In this document: in pieces, positions 34,966-45,906 of the stretch
Position numbering within the stretch: the stretch's first letter is position 1
How the letters are laid out: every line of letters begins with the position of its first letter
Virus record (IMG/VR): IMGVR_UViG_3300001200_000001
Span: 1 to 64,000 of that record
DNA length: 64,000 bases
Reading direction: 5' to 3' (one strand)
DNA from: a virus
The notes under the pieces: model-generated
The model's database searches: none
What the model saw: only the letters and a program-made list of their open reading frames with translations
What the model was told of the DNA's origin: nothing
Translations under genes and position numbers: made by a program

Positions 34966-37900
34966 ATGGCTGATCCTTTTAACACACCGCTTCTTGATAT
35001 GGATTTTAGTGTGGAGGATCAGCCAGTCTCTCCACCAGTTACAAAAACCACAACTCCAGTAGTTACAGCTCCTGAACAGGATGCTCCTCAAACAGCTGGT
35101 GACATTATTTCTGGTTTCTTGCAGGATGATGTAGCCCTTGATGCATTTGCATTGGCTGCAGATCGTGGAAACGATATTGCCACAGAAGGCTTTGGTCGAG
35201 ATCTTCTCGAACTAAATTATGGCCAGTTGGCCGCCAAATACGGTAAAGACGTTGCTGACAATCGTCACCTAATTCAAGACAATCTTTCAAACTATCAACT
35301 TCAGGCCGCTGCAACACGTACTGATGGTCAAGTTGTAGGCGATACTGCATTAGGTGCAGGCGCTGGTCTTACAGGTCTTGTAGGTGGCCTAACCAGTTTA
35401 GGTCTTGCTGGTATTGATAAAGGTGTAGAGTTAGCAGATGGTCCAGATCTTCATTTAGATGATGCTGCTGCCTTCGTTGCTGATAAGACAAATGATGCTA
35501 CTGGTTTCATTAAAGGGTTTCAGTCTGATGAACTTCAAGGTCGTCAACGTCTTCAAGCTGTTGAAGCTGAACTAGATGAAATCGATCGTGAAACCAAATA
35601 TGGTGACAACGATGATAATGACTTTATCGAAACACTTATGCGTTCTGGTGAAGAGTTTCTTGATGCAGGTGGTCGTATTTTAAATGACGGCGCCATCACA
35701 GGTGATGTTGTAGCTGAGGCTGTTGGTTCTCTTGGTCCATCTGCAAAGTTAGCTAAAGTAGCCTCTAACTTGGCCGTTGCAGGTACTGCTAAAGTGACAA
35801 CTAGCGTTGGAGCCCAAAAGATCGCTCAAACGCTTGCTACAGCTGCTTCAGTAGGTGTCTCAGAAGGTTCTGGTACATTTCAACAAACAGTTAATGCTGT
35901 TATGTCTTTAAGCCATGAAGATCTTTTACAAACCTCTGATAAGTATCGTGATTTGATTGGTTCTGGTTTGGAACCTTCAGAGGCTCAAACTCGTCTTGCT
36001 GTTGATACGGGTAATGAGGCGTTTGCACGTCAACTTCCTGTTGCTGCGGCAATTGGTTTGATTTCATCTAAATTTGAACGTACCCCGGTTGCTGCATTTG
36101 ATGGTGCAACTATTCCATCTATTGCACGTCAGATTGCTTCCCAGGCTGCTGAGGAAGGTCTTCAAGGTGGTACAAGTCAATACAATCAAAACGTTGCCCT
36201 TCAAAACCAGGTAGACGAAGACACAGACCTATCTGCAGGTATTGGTGAGAATGTTGCTACAGGCATTATTGCTGGTACAGGTATGGCAGGTGCTTTGGCA
36301 TCTCCTTCGATTGCCGGCAATGTAGTTGGTCAGAGTTTGGAGACTGGTGCTACAACAATTGAAGGTGTACGTGATGGTGTATCTGCTGCTGCTAATTCCC
36401 CAATTACAAGTGCTGCTATAGATGCAGCTTCTAATATTGCATCTGGTGTTGTACGTGGCACTCAAAGTGCTGCTGGTACTGTGAGTGATGTGGCTGGTCC
36501 TACAACTTCTCGTGCAACCTCTGCAGCTGCTGCATTGGCAGAGGCAGGTACTCGAACTGTTGTTGGTGCTGCTCGTACAACACGTAAAGCGGTTGCTCCT
36601 ATCGTATCTGGTGCTGCTGATGTGACTACTGCAGCTGCCAAGCAGGTAAGCCGTCCTATTATTGCATCTGGTAAAATTGCTTTCGATACTTTGAAACCAA
36701 TTGCTCAGACTACTGCTGAGAAGACCGTACAGGCCACAAAAGTGGGTGGTCGATTGACTGTAGCTGCTGCCAAGTATGCAGGCCCAAAAGCTCTGACTGC
36801 CACTCAAAAAGTAGGTTCTCAGTTTGTTATTCCAGCTGCTCAGGGAGGTATTGTTGCAGGCAAAGTTGTTCTTCCTATTTTGGTTCAAGCTGCTCAGACA
36901 TCTGCCAAAGTAGGTGCTCCAGTTGCTAAACAATTGGGTTCAGTATCTGCATCTGTCGCAATGGAGTTTTCTGCTCCAGTTCTTCGTAGTCTTCAGACTA
37001 TTTCTCAAAAGCCAGTCCGTAAAGAATTACAAGCTGCTAATGCACGATTGAATGATGTATTCAATGAGATCCGTGAGACTTATGGTCAAGAAAATGTAGG
37101 AAACCTACCTGAGTACATGACAGATCTGGTTCTAACTCAGGATGCGGATTTAGTCCCATCAGAGTTCAATGATGTGGCATCTGCTGATCACTCTTTGCTG
37201 TTGAATACAGTTGGTATTCTCAACAAGATCAGCTCTGAAACTATGAATTATAAGCAGATGTCTCCGGATGCTGTAATTTATGCAGCTACTAAACTGAAGC
37301 AGTTAAAACGTGCCGCTCAGAAGAGCAAAGATCTGCGGGATGAATTGGCAGATGTACTAAACAACCCAGAGGTACAGAAACTTACAAAATTGGCTGATCG
37401 TGTCGATTTAAATAAAGTTCCTCAGGACACTTCAAAAGTGAACGCTCAAACAACCGGTACAACATTGTTGGTTGCTAAAACCAATCCTACCAATGTGGAT
37501 CCAGAGTATGTTCGTAAACTATTGAACCACTCCGATCGTAAAGATTTGTCCGAAGAAGACATCAAACTTCTGACAGCTGCTGCTGAGATTGCAGAGGCTG
37601 TAAACAATCATGCCGGTCAACAAGTCGAAATCTCTAAAGAAAATCGAGTAGCCTTGTTGAAAAAACCAGCATACCAAGCAAATCCAGGTAAATTACCTGC
37701 AGAGTTGGATATTTCAGAAGTTTCTCGCTCTATCCAGGTTGGTGGATTTACTGATGCTCGAGGTAACAACCTTCGTTCTGTAAATGATTTTGCTGCAGAT
37801 ATTTTTGAAGCTGCTCAATCTGAGACCGGTACGTTTGTTAACTCAGATGGTATCGAAGTACAGATGCAGACTATCGTCACTCAGATGGGTATGTTTGTTA

Positions 37901-40900
37901 CGCACATGAGCAATAAAGTAGATGCTTTGAACGAATCATTTGATCGTAATAACGATAAAGGTAAAGGCCCGAGTGTAGGTTTTGATTCATTGGTTGGTGG
38001 TCAAAAGATCATTAAAGCTGGTGAAAAGGGTGCTGCTAAACCAGTTGCATACCACCAGTCTTCACCCAAGAGTGCTGAGTTCGCTGCTAAGGTACACAAT
38101 GATGCTGTTGTGGCTGCCCGGGTCTATAACACGCTTCTGAACACGTTTCCTGATCTTACTGGTTCACAGCAAGAGATTGCTGATCTGCGTAAGGTGAGCA
38201 CAGAAACGAACGAAAACACAGACCAAGACACAACGGTTGTCGAGGAAGAAGACGCTGCTTTGGACGCGACAGCGGACGAAGAAGTGGCTGATGACGAGCA
38301 ACCAAAAACATCACCTGAAGAAGCTGGAAATGAGTTGCTTCAAGAAACTGCTGTACGTGATCTAAGTGCTCTACCAGAACGCTTCCAAAATGCATTTACA
38401 GAAGGTGGTGCAGAGATCAACTATACAAATGGTGAAGATCTTATTGGTCAATTGGCGAAAGTCGAAAATGCAAAAGAATATGTCAAATTTGCCAAAGTTC
38501 TGATGAAACCACTAAAGGATGCAATGAATAAACGTCTGCAGACTGTGAAGTTCAGTAAAAAAGATCAACGTTCAATCGCTGAAGTTCTTCAATCAGATAC
38601 TGACATTACAGCAATTCGTGATTTTAAAAATCTATTGTTTGTTGATCCGACAACCCAAACATACAACGATGATTTGCTAAGCATTGCGACGCTTACAGCA
38701 ATTGATTGGTTGTCTGCAGTTCGTTCAACAGATCCGAGCCGTCTATCAGACACACTAGAAGATCTTGGTGTTGGTTTCTCTCAACTGAGTGACCAAGATC
38801 TCGAGAACATTGCATATGGTGTACCACCACGTCAGGCAACTGAGGCACTAGCTAAACAGGTTCTTCGTAACTGGAATCTACAAAGCAATACGGATGCTCC
38901 AATGGTGGATACTCGAGGTGCTGTTGAAGGTTTGGTCAAAGAATTGATCACAGTTATTGCAGACACAAAATTGATTGAAATCAATGACATTCCAACCCGT
39001 GTTGATGGCAAAATGCAAACTGCACAAACCATTAATGTAAAACCAATGAAAGAGCTTCAGAAGAAAATTGGAGCTGCAGGTCAAGGTTCTTTGACTAAAC
39101 TATTGTCTCCTGAATTCGTGACCGGTCCATCGATCGGTGAACAACTGACAACTATAGACCAAACACAAAGCCGTGGCGATGTGCCTCTGTCTAAGTTGGA
39201 AAAGGCTGCTCTGAAGCGCATGCAAGATACTCCTCACTTTATGTCAGAAGGTATCACAGCTCTTACAGAGACACTTGGTTTTGATACAATCTCAAAGATG
39301 TTGGGTTACAAAGATCTTGAAACATTCGTAGGCAACAAAACACTGAAGAATTCTGTGAACGGTAAAAATCTGTCAATCGAACGTGATTTTGAAGAGGCTC
39401 TTCAAATTATTGAAGGGATCCGGAACTATGCTGAAAATGAGACTGAAGTGCCAGTCTTCTATCCGGTATCGATCTCAAAAGTCGGTCGTCACCAATTTAA
39501 GGGTATAAACCCTCAGAACAACAAAATCCTTCGTGCTCTGGTTACTCCAACACATTCTATTTTGGATATGACATCTAAACAGGATCAAGATGCTTTCTGG
39601 TTGACTGTTGCTCAGGCTGCAGATCTTCGCAAAGTTGAAAACGAAGATCACCAGGATATTTTGTCGACGATTCAGGATCAGTTTAACGCCGAATATGGTG
39701 ATGCTGTTGATCTGGTAACTCAGTGGTTGGAAACTGGTGAAATCGATAATAACGCTCTATTGGAAGCAATGGGCACTGGTATCGATATGGCTCAATTGAA
39801 TGCTGTTGTAGCGGTCGCTCAGTTGAATTTTGCAACTAAGAACAACACACTGTCTGAATTCAAAACCACATTGTCATTTGAACTTGATGGTAAGACTGAT
39901 GGTCCAGCCAATATGATGAGTAACTTTGGACAAGGTCTCTTGTCTAAACGTGATCTGAGCAACTTCAATCGTGTTGGTTTTTTCTTAGGACGTAAAGACA
40001 GTACACTGAATTCATACTTCTCCGCGGGGAATGTGGACTTGTATGAAGTCACATCTCGAGAAGCCGAACGTGAAATGTTTAATCGTATCGCCAATGGCTC
40101 AGCTGCTGATAAAAATATCATGTACGCTGCAGCTCGTTTTGCTTCGAAGTTTGGTGATTTCCGTATGGAGGAAGACGGGTCAATCTCGATGACACGTAAC
40201 ACTTCAAAAAATCCAATGACCAAAACTGTTTACGGTTCTGGAGTTCGTGGTGTGGGTGAAGGTATTGCTGATGATATGGCCATTGGTTTCTATTCTGTCA
40301 TGACATCTGTTCCTACAGGTCAGGACATCGAACAATACATCGGGTATCCTGACATGGTCAAAGACATCGAACTTCTGTTTGGTGTGAAATTGGATGGGGA
40401 CTTTAACCCGAACACATTTGAGTTCAATGAAACTGCAATGACACGTTTTAAAGACGTAGCTGTAAAAGGTATCGGTGATATCCTTTCTACTTCTGCGAAG
40501 AATGTTATCGGTGCTCCAATCAAGAACGTGAATGATACATTGGTTTTCCTAACCAACGTTCAAACTCAGTTCCTACAAACACTATTCGATCAGCGAGTAG
40601 ATGCTTTGGTTGCTGAACAAAAAGCAGCCGGCAAGATCAAATCGAAACGTGACCTATCTCAGCGTGACTACAATCGGATTGTAAAAGAACTTTCTGTCTA
40701 CGCTCCACTGTACTCAAATGGCTCTCAACAATTGGCTGTTGGTTCGTTTAGTGGTCAGACGGATCCGGATGTTGAATTGTCTTCAAACATGGATGGCAAA
40801 CTTCGTCAGAAATCTACAATGGCACGTCCTGATAATGCAGGTGTAAAAGTCATTCCTTACATCTCGATCGGTCGTGGTGATGCGATGATGATGAATACCA

Positions 40901-43900
40901 TTTACGGCTCTGAAAATGCTCCTACAGATACTCTACCGGTATTTGATGGTATCGATATGCCAGTTAACCGGGTTCGTGATTATGCAGAGCAAATCAACCA
41001 GGCTGTAATGCAGAACTGGGATCGTGATATCTTGAGCGATATTGTGAATGATTTTGAAAGCTTCGTTCGTCACGTTGGCGTCGATGCTGATCTTCTAAAA
41101 GCCTCTTTCGAGGAAGTGAAGAAGAATGTCAAGGACACAACTGTGACAGCCAACAATACACAGGAACTGTTGGAAGCGGTCAAAGCACAACAAGAACAGA
41201 ACCAAGCACGGAAACGTGTGTTTAAACAGATCCCAGTGAGTGTTGATCACATGGGTGGTTCGAATTCTGCCTATACTCGAGGCCCAGATGTTGATTCTCC
41301 ACTTGGTTTGAGTGAGATCAATGAGATGATCCAAAATGAATTGAATGTGTCCGATCTTGATACGCTTTCTAAATCTGAAGCGTACTCAGATCTTCATGTT
41401 TCAACAGCACAGGCCACTGTGAAAGGACTCCTTCGTGAAACTAAGGATACGTTGATCAACCAGACTGTACGAGCAATTCAAAACAAATTGCCAGCTGATC
41501 TGAAAGTTGTGACTGGTTCAGTCGATCAACTCAATCAATACCGTCAGGAAAACTTCCCAGATGATGGGGAAGTTCTGAAAGGTGCTGGAGCTCTTGATAT
41601 TGCGAATAATACAATCTTCTTGGCCAAAGATGGTCATGAGACCCTGGCACATGAATTAGTACATGCTGCAACATTTGATCAAGTTTTTCAACACTATGAA
41701 GGAATTGAAAATGCTGCAGTATCTCGTCTGGAAGATTTGATGCAAGAATTTATGGGACTGGATTTCTCTACCTCCTCAAAAGAAGTCCGTACCGCGGTAA
41801 ACGCTGCTCGTGATGCTATCCTTGGTTTCCAAACCAAGAATGATGCATATTCAAAAGCAGGCGCTTTAAATGAGTTCATGGCTTGGACATTGACCAATGA
41901 ACAATTGTCGAAGACGTTGAAAACAACTCGTACCGGTACAATTGCGACGTTGGCTAAGAAAACACTCAACCTAATTAAACGTCTAATGGGTGGTGTTCCT
42001 AACGACATGTTCTCAAACATCTTGTTCAATACGAAACTGTTGGATCGTACTGAAAACAATGATGAAGGTATCGCAAATGATAACAATGGTAACGGAGATG
42101 ATGGTAATGGTTCTGGGGATGTAACTCCTCCGGCCGACAAGTTTACCAATTTCTGGATCGATCTTGTTCGTGAACGTATTGTTGCAACTCAAGACAGCCT
42201 TACACCTCTGACAGATCGTCGTCGATTGAAGGATTACAAAGATACAGCCTCTGACATCGTCACTCAGCTGGATTTTGGAGGCTTCTCTCTGAATGAATAC
42301 CAGAAGCAAACTTTCAAAGCGATCCATGTTGTTTTGGCTACTGAAATGCGTTTGGATACTCAATCTGCTTTGGCAATGGGCCGTGTTTACGACTACGTGA
42401 CAGATAACCTAACTCCTGAAATGTTGGGTCCGGTTAATGCTGAGCAACGTTATTCAACTGTAATGGAATTGTTGGGCTCTTCTAAAAATGAAGAAGGTGT
42501 TTCTGATGCTATTGCTGTTCTCTTGGCTCTGTCTCAAACATCTAAAGGTTTCCGTGCAGCTCTTGATCAGCTCCCAGAACCTGAAGGTGAAGGTATCAAC
42601 GCCGGCACACTGAATGAGTTCCTCACAACATCGACTGGCTTCCTAATGCGTAAAGCAGTAGGCTCTATCGATGTATCTGATGCAAGTGTCAAAGACACAT
42701 TGGATAATCTGTCAGAGAACCTGATCCGACAAGATAACGAGAAAGATTTCGCTCTTCTTCGTGGTGTTATGAAGACCATCAACAAAGCTGATAAATTCAC
42801 AAGTGGCGCCATGAGTGAAGTTGCAGAACGTGCAGATCAACTTGATCGTGCGGTACGTGATAGCGATCGTTCGAAAGTTACAAAAGTAGTGGTTGGATCT
42901 GTTGCTCTTGTAACTGCATTCCTTGACGAAACTCGTGGTGATTTGGCGACTAAAGCAGTCAAAGATGTAACTCATATGGGCACAGCACTGGATAACTTTG
43001 TCCCAGTCCGTGAATTTGTATCTGAAGTAGTTGGTACAGATAAAACGAATTCTGAGACTGTTGCTTTGTTGGACCGCACAAACCATGCGGTATCTTCAGT
43101 GCGTCAGGCTTATCGTGAAAGCCTTCCAGTCATCCTGCAGAATGAATTTACCAATCATCCAGATGAAACTCAGTGGAAAACTCTCCACCGGGTATTAGGT
43201 AAAGGTGACTTTTCAGCTCTGTTCAACCTTCGTAAACCAAAAGAATCTATGCGTCTGATTTCTCAGCCTGGTTTCCTCAATAAGAAGGTTCAGGATGCAG
43301 AGAACGCCATCCGCAGTAACTTCTCGAAAACAGTTGCTGGAGATATTCTTCAAAAAGCACAACAACTAGCTGATTACATGAATGGTAATGGTGCTGGTCA
43401 TCAGTTGATCCGTAATGCATACGCAATCAATAAATTGGCAGGTGAGTTCGATTCTACAATGACATCTGAAATTGATGCTTTAATCTCGATGTATGCTCTC
43501 CAAGGTATGGATGTTGCAGACAAAGAATCTATTACAGACATGTACAAAAATGACCCTAAAGCGGTTACAAACCTGATTGTGTACCAACAAGGGTTAAATC
43601 GTGAGGAAGATCTCAAAGTGATCTCTGAAAGTGCTAAACTTAATGGGTACAAAGGTTACATCCCTGATCATCCAGCTGAAGGCAGCCGTCTGGTAATTGA
43701 AGACGATGCTAAACAGGCTGATCTCGAAAAAATGGGTTTCACTCGTATTGGGGATTACACAGCTGAGAACTATTTCTCTTCTGTTAAGCGTGGGTATTAT
43801 TTCACAACTGTGAAGCAAGGTGGCGCCTACAGTCAGGGTGTTCTTCAATCTGTTCAAGACAGTTACCGCGGAGTTGATTCCAATTCTGGGCTCTCAGTGA

Positions 43901-45399
43901 ATGGAATGGTATCCGGTATTATCTCTGGTGAGAGTGCGAATGTTGTTACGACCGAGATGAATAAGATCACTTCGATTAAAGACAACAAATCGGCTCTGAT
44001 CCCAGTTTACGATAATGATGGTGCTGTTCTTCACTATGAACGTGCTATCAGCCCAGATGTATTTGAAAGTCATATGAACCCACGTTCTAACCTTGCTCTT
44101 ATGCTTGGTTCATGGGCTGGTCGTCAGGTAGAGGAGAAATTCGCTCAACGCTACAACAATGAATTGATCGATCAGTTGAAAGGTATCTACGATAATCGTA
44201 AGCCTGGTTCTGATAATCTGTATGTTGATCTGTCTGACAAAAACCTCAAAGATGAGGTGTTTAAAGACACATGGCGTGTGATCCCACCACAAACCAAAGA
44301 GTATATCGAAACGGTATTTGGTGAAGAAGGTTTCTTCGTCCGTAAAGATATGGTCAATTTGGCTCTTGGTTATCGAGATCCTTCTGTCCTTGATATTTGG
44401 ACAGGGAAAACACGTCTTCCTGAGAGCGTCCAGGAGACGGTTAAATCGGTTTCTAAGATGTTGATGGGTGACAAGGCCGTAGCAATGCTTTCTCGTGCTG
44501 AGGAAGGCGTACAGGGCGTTGTATCTACTGCTAAAGATCTTATCGTGGTTCGATCTCTGATCGTGCCTTACATGAATGCTCAGGCAAACATGATGCAGCT
44601 TTCTACCCGGGGTGTTGGTGCTAAAGACACCATCCGTGGTACTCGTGAAAAGTTGGCTGAAATTGAGGCTTACAATGGTAATGTTACAAAACTAATCGAG
44701 TTGGAAACACAAATCCAATTAGCAGCTACAGACAAAAACCGTGTCGCTGTTTTGGAAAGTCAGATCCAGACTGTGAAAGATCAGAATGCTCGTATGAGTA
44801 TTGCTCCTCTGATTGAGGCAGGTGCTTATAAGAACATCTCTGAAGGCATCACAGAGCTCGATGTACAGCTTACATCTGGTCGTATGGGTGAATGGGTAGA
44901 GAACCAACTGAATAAGCTTCCTGCCGGCGTACAGACTGTTGCCAAGTACGGTATCATGTCAAAAGACACGGCATTGTACAAAGGCGCTAACAAAGCGGTT
45001 CAGTATGGTGACTTCATCGCTAAATCGATCTTGTATGATCACTATGTTGCTCGTGAAGGAATGGATCCTACTAAAGCCATGGAGCGTATCAACGAAGAGT
45101 TCGTGAACTTCTCTGTATTACCTGGTCGTACTCGTCAATATCTTGAGGGACTTGGTGCCACATGGTTCTTGACCTTTAAGATCCGGATTATGAAAACTGC
45201 ACTGAAGATTATGCGTGACAATCCTGTTCGTGCATTGATTACAGCTGGTACTGTTGGTGATCTTGGTTCACCGGTAAACGATAACTTGGTCAGTGTACTT
45301 GCTCAGGATCGTCTTGATTACTCACTGGGTTGGGATATGCTGTTTGGTTCACCTGAACTTAATCCATGGGTTCAGTTGGCTGATTGGGCAGACCAGTAG
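34966..45399 (+). CDS. virion-encapsidated RNA polymerase (N4 gp50-like vRNAP)
   Basis: 3477 aa (N4 gp50 is about 3500 aa). The central region has T7-like motifs: FELDGKTDGPANMM (motif A-like), TKTVYGSGVRG (motif B-like) and PVFDGIDMP (motif C-like). It lies at the distal end of the late operon. Confidence 0.9.
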   Translation: MADPFNTPLLDMDFSVEDQPVSPPVTKTTTPVVTAPEQDAPQTAGDIISGFLQDDVALDAFALAADRGNDIATEGFGRDLLELNYGQLAAKYGKDVADNRHLIQDNLSNYQLQAAATRTDGQVVGDTALGAGAGLTGLVGGLTSLGLAGIDKGVELADGPDLHLDDAAAFVADKTNDATGFIKGFQSDELQGRQRLQAVEAELDEIDRETKYGDNDDNDFIETLMRSGEEFLDAGGRILNDGAITGDVVAEAVGSLGPSAKLAKVASNLAVAGTAKVTTSVGAQKIAQTLATAASVGVSEGSGTFQQTVNAVMSLSHEDLLQTSDKYRDLIGSGLEPSEAQTRLAVDTGNEAFARQLPVAAAIGLISSKFERTPVAAFDGATIPSIARQIASQAAEEGLQGGTSQYNQNVALQNQVDEDTDLSAGIGENVATGIIAGTGMAGALASPSIAGNVVGQSLETGATTIEGVRDGVSAAANSPITSAAIDAASNIASGVVRGTQSAAGTVSDVAGPTTSRATSAAAALAEAGTRTVVGAARTTRKAVAPIVSGAADVTTAAAKQVSRPIIASGKIAFDTLKPIAQTTAEKTVQATKVGGRLTVAAAKYAGPKALTATQKVGSQFVIPAAQGGIVAGKVVLPILVQAAQTSAKVGAPVAKQLGSVSASVAMEFSAPVLRSLQTISQKPVRKELQAANARLNDVFNEIRETYGQENVGNLPEYMTDLVLTQDADLVPSEFNDVASADHSLLLNTVGILNKISSETMNYKQMSPDAVIYAATKLKQLKRAAQKSKDLRDELADVLNNPEVQKLTKLADRVDLNKVPQDTSKVNAQTTGTTLLVAKTNPTNVDPEYVRKLLNHSDRKDLSEEDIKLLTAAAEIAEAVNNHAGQQVEISKENRVALLKKPAYQANPGKLPAELDISEVSRSIQVGGFTDARGNNLRSVNDFAADIFEAAQSETGTFVNSDGIEVQMQTIVTQMGMFVTHMSNKVDALNESFDRNNDKGKGPSVGFDSLVGGQKIIKAGEKGAAKPVAYHQSSPKSAEFAAKVHNDAVVAARVYNTLLNTFPDLTGSQQEIADLRKVSTETNENTDQDTTVVEEEDAALDATADEEVADDEQPKTSPEEAGNELLQETAVRDLSALPERFQNAFTEGGAEINYTNGEDLIGQLAKVENAKEYVKFAKVLMKPLKDAMNKRLQTVKFSKKDQRSIAEVLQSDTDITAIRDFKNLLFVDPTTQTYNDDLLSIATLTAIDWLSAVRSTDPSRLSDTLEDLGVGFSQLSDQDLENIAYGVPPRQATEALAKQVLRNWNLQSNTDAPMVDTRGAVEGLVKELITVIADTKLIEINDIPTRVDGKMQTAQTINVKPMKELQKKIGAAGQGSLTKLLSPEFVTGPSIGEQLTTIDQTQSRGDVPLSKLEKAALKRMQDTPHFMSEGITALTETLGFDTISKMLGYKDLETFVGNKTLKNSVNGKNLSIERDFEEALQIIEGIRNYAENETEVPVFYPVSISKVGRHQFKGINPQNNKILRALVTPTHSILDMTSKQDQDAFWLTVAQAADLRKVENEDHQDILSTIQDQFNAEYGDAVDLVTQWLETGEIDNNALLEAMGTGIDMAQLNAVVAVAQLNFATKNNTLSEFKTTLSFELDGKTDGPANMMSNFGQGLLSKRDLSNFNRVGFFLGRKDSTLNSYFSAGNVDLYEVTSREAEREMFNRIANGSAADKNIMYAAARFASKFGDFRMEEDGSISMTRNTSKNPMTKTVYGSGVRGVGEGIADDMAIGFYSVMTSVPTGQDIEQYIGYPDMVKDIELLFGVKLDGDFNPNTFEFNETAMTRFKDVAVKGIGDILSTSAKNVIGAPIKNVNDTLVFLTNVQTQFLQTLFDQRVDALVAEQKAAGKIKSKRDLSQRDYNRIVKELSVYAPLYSNGSQQLAVGSFSGQTDPDVELSSNMDGKLRQKSTMARPDNAGVKVIPYISIGRGDAMMMNTIYGSENAPTDTLPVFDGIDMPVNRVRDYAEQINQAVMQNWDRDILSDIVNDFESFVRHVGVDADLLKASFEEVKKNVKDTTVTANNTQELLEAVKAQQEQNQARKRVFKQIPVSVDHMGGSNSAYTRGPDVDSPLGLSEINEMIQNELNVSDLDTLSKSEAYSDLHVSTAQATVKGLLRETKDTLINQTVRAIQNKLPADLKVVTGSVDQLNQYRQENFPDDGEVLKGAGALDIANNTIFLAKDGHETLAHELVHAATFDQVFQHYEGIENAAVSRLEDLMQEFMGLDFSTSSKEVRTAVNAARDAILGFQTKNDAYSKAGALNEFMAWTLTNEQLSKTLKTTRTGTIATLAKKTLNLIKRLMGGVPNDMFSNILFNTKLLDRTENNDEGIANDNNGNGDDGNGSGDVTPPADKFTNFWIDLVRERIVATQDSLTPLTDRRRLKDYKDTASDIVTQLDFGGFSLNEYQKQTFKAIHVVLATEMRLDTQSALAMGRVYDYVTDNLTPEMLGPVNAEQRYSTVMELLGSSKNEEGVSDAIAVLLALSQTSKGFRAALDQLPEPEGEGINAGTLNEFLTTSTGFLMRKAVGSIDVSDASVKDTLDNLSENLIRQDNEKDFALLRGVMKTINKADKFTSGAMSEVAERADQLDRAVRDSDRSKVTKVVVGSVALVTAFLDETRGDLATKAVKDVTHMGTALDNFVPVREFVSEVVGTDKTNSETVALLDRTNHAVSSVRQAYRESLPVILQNEFTNHPDETQWKTLHRVLGKGDFSALFNLRKPKESMRLISQPGFLNKKVQDAENAIRSNFSKTVAGDILQKAQQLADYMNGNGAGHQLIRNAYAINKLAGEFDSTMTSEIDALISMYALQGMDVADKESITDMYKNDPKAVTNLIVYQQGLNREEDLKVISESAKLNGYKGYIPDHPAEGSRLVIEDDAKQADLEKMGFTRIGDYTAENYFSSVKRGYYFTTVKQGGAYSQGVLQSVQDSYRGVDSNSGLSVNGMVSGIISGESANVVTTEMNKITSIKDNKSALIPVYDNDGAVLHYERAISPDVFESHMNPRSNLALMLGSWAGRQVEEKFAQRYNNELIDQLKGIYDNRKPGSDNLYVDLSDKNLKDEVFKDTWRVIPPQTKEYIETVFGEEGFFVRKDMVNLALGYRDPSVLDIWTGKTRLPESVQETVKSVSKMLMGDKAVAMLSRAEEGVQGVVSTAKDLIVVRSLIVPYMNAQANMMQLSTRGVGAKDTIRGTREKLAEIEAYNGNVTKLIELETQIQLAATDKNRVAVLESQIQTVKDQNARMSIAPLIEAGAYKNISEGITELDVQLTSGRMGEWVENQLNKLPAGVQTVAKYGIMSKDTALYKGANKAVQYGDFIAKSILYDHYVAREGMDPTKAMERINEEFVNFSVLPGRTRQYLEGLGATWFLTFKIRIMKTALKIMRDNPVRALITAGTVGDLGSPVNDNLVSVLAQDRLDYSLGWDMLFGSPELNPWVQLADWADQ

Positions 45400-45407
45400 G
45401 AAAATAA

Positions 45408-45442
45408 AGACCCGTACCATGAGGGGATAATGGTACGGGTCT
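45408..45442. terminator. 12-bp hairpin at the convergence point of the late (+) and replication (-) transcription units
   Basis: AGACCCGTACCA ... TGGTACGGGTCT. A U-tract (CUUUAUUUUCC) follows only on the minus-strand side. Confidence 0.7.
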
Positions 45443-45443
45443 A

Positions 45444-45900
45444 ACGGGCCGGATGGAAAGTTTAATGACTTATCCAGGTCGTCTTTCTGATTCGCACTGG
45501 CATCGCACCAGCCGCAGGTACAGAATTTGCTAAGAAAACCTCTCAGGCTTTTCTCCGTTTTAAATACATCGTGCGCCTGAGTGCCGCTCCTGTATTCGTG
45601 AATTAGTGGGGCATTAAACGTATGGTCTATTACCGCTTAACGTGATCCCCAGGCAGTTTTCGAGTAGCAGCTCGAACAACCTTTGGAATTGCCACAAAGG
45701 ACTGATGTTATAGTTTCAGCGACTAGAACGTTATCTATGGCAAACGTACAAAGCCTTTTCTATGGTCAGGATGCTACTTTGACGATAGAAATTCGAATTA
45801 ATACCAATCAGATGCTAATTGGCCCGGGCTTTCGCCTCACCGGTTTGCAGTCTACAATCAACCTGGCTGATTGCTCCTCTATTCCATCCGGTTCTGGAAG
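45444..45900 (-). other. ORF-free, GC-enriched, hairpin-dense region (candidate structured ncRNA or origin)
   Basis: Stops occur in all frames apart from one weak plus-strand ORF. GC is about 50% by hand count, against a lower local background. It contains several 5-7 bp stems and a GAAA tetraloop, and is bracketed by the 10-bp inverted repeat CCGGATGGAA (45449-45458) / TTCCATCCGG (45883-45892). Confidence 0.35.
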
Positions 45901-45906
45901 AACCTC

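Noticed and set aside
36229-36933. 234-aa antisense ORF inside the vRNAP gene, along with many other 60-150 aa antisense or off-frame ORFs in the track (for example 26192..26668, 25085..25423, 28898..29379, 48046..48573).
   Set aside because: They lie within strongly supported long genes. Their low-complexity Cys/Ser/Thr-rich composition is typical of antisense translation of Ala/Gly/Thr-rich coding sequence. They have no SD sites.
45444-45900. Group I intron.
   Set aside because: No interrupted host gene or flanking exon continuity exists, and I could not recognise P3/P7/G-binding-site consensus elements by eye. The possibility is left to a covariance-model search.
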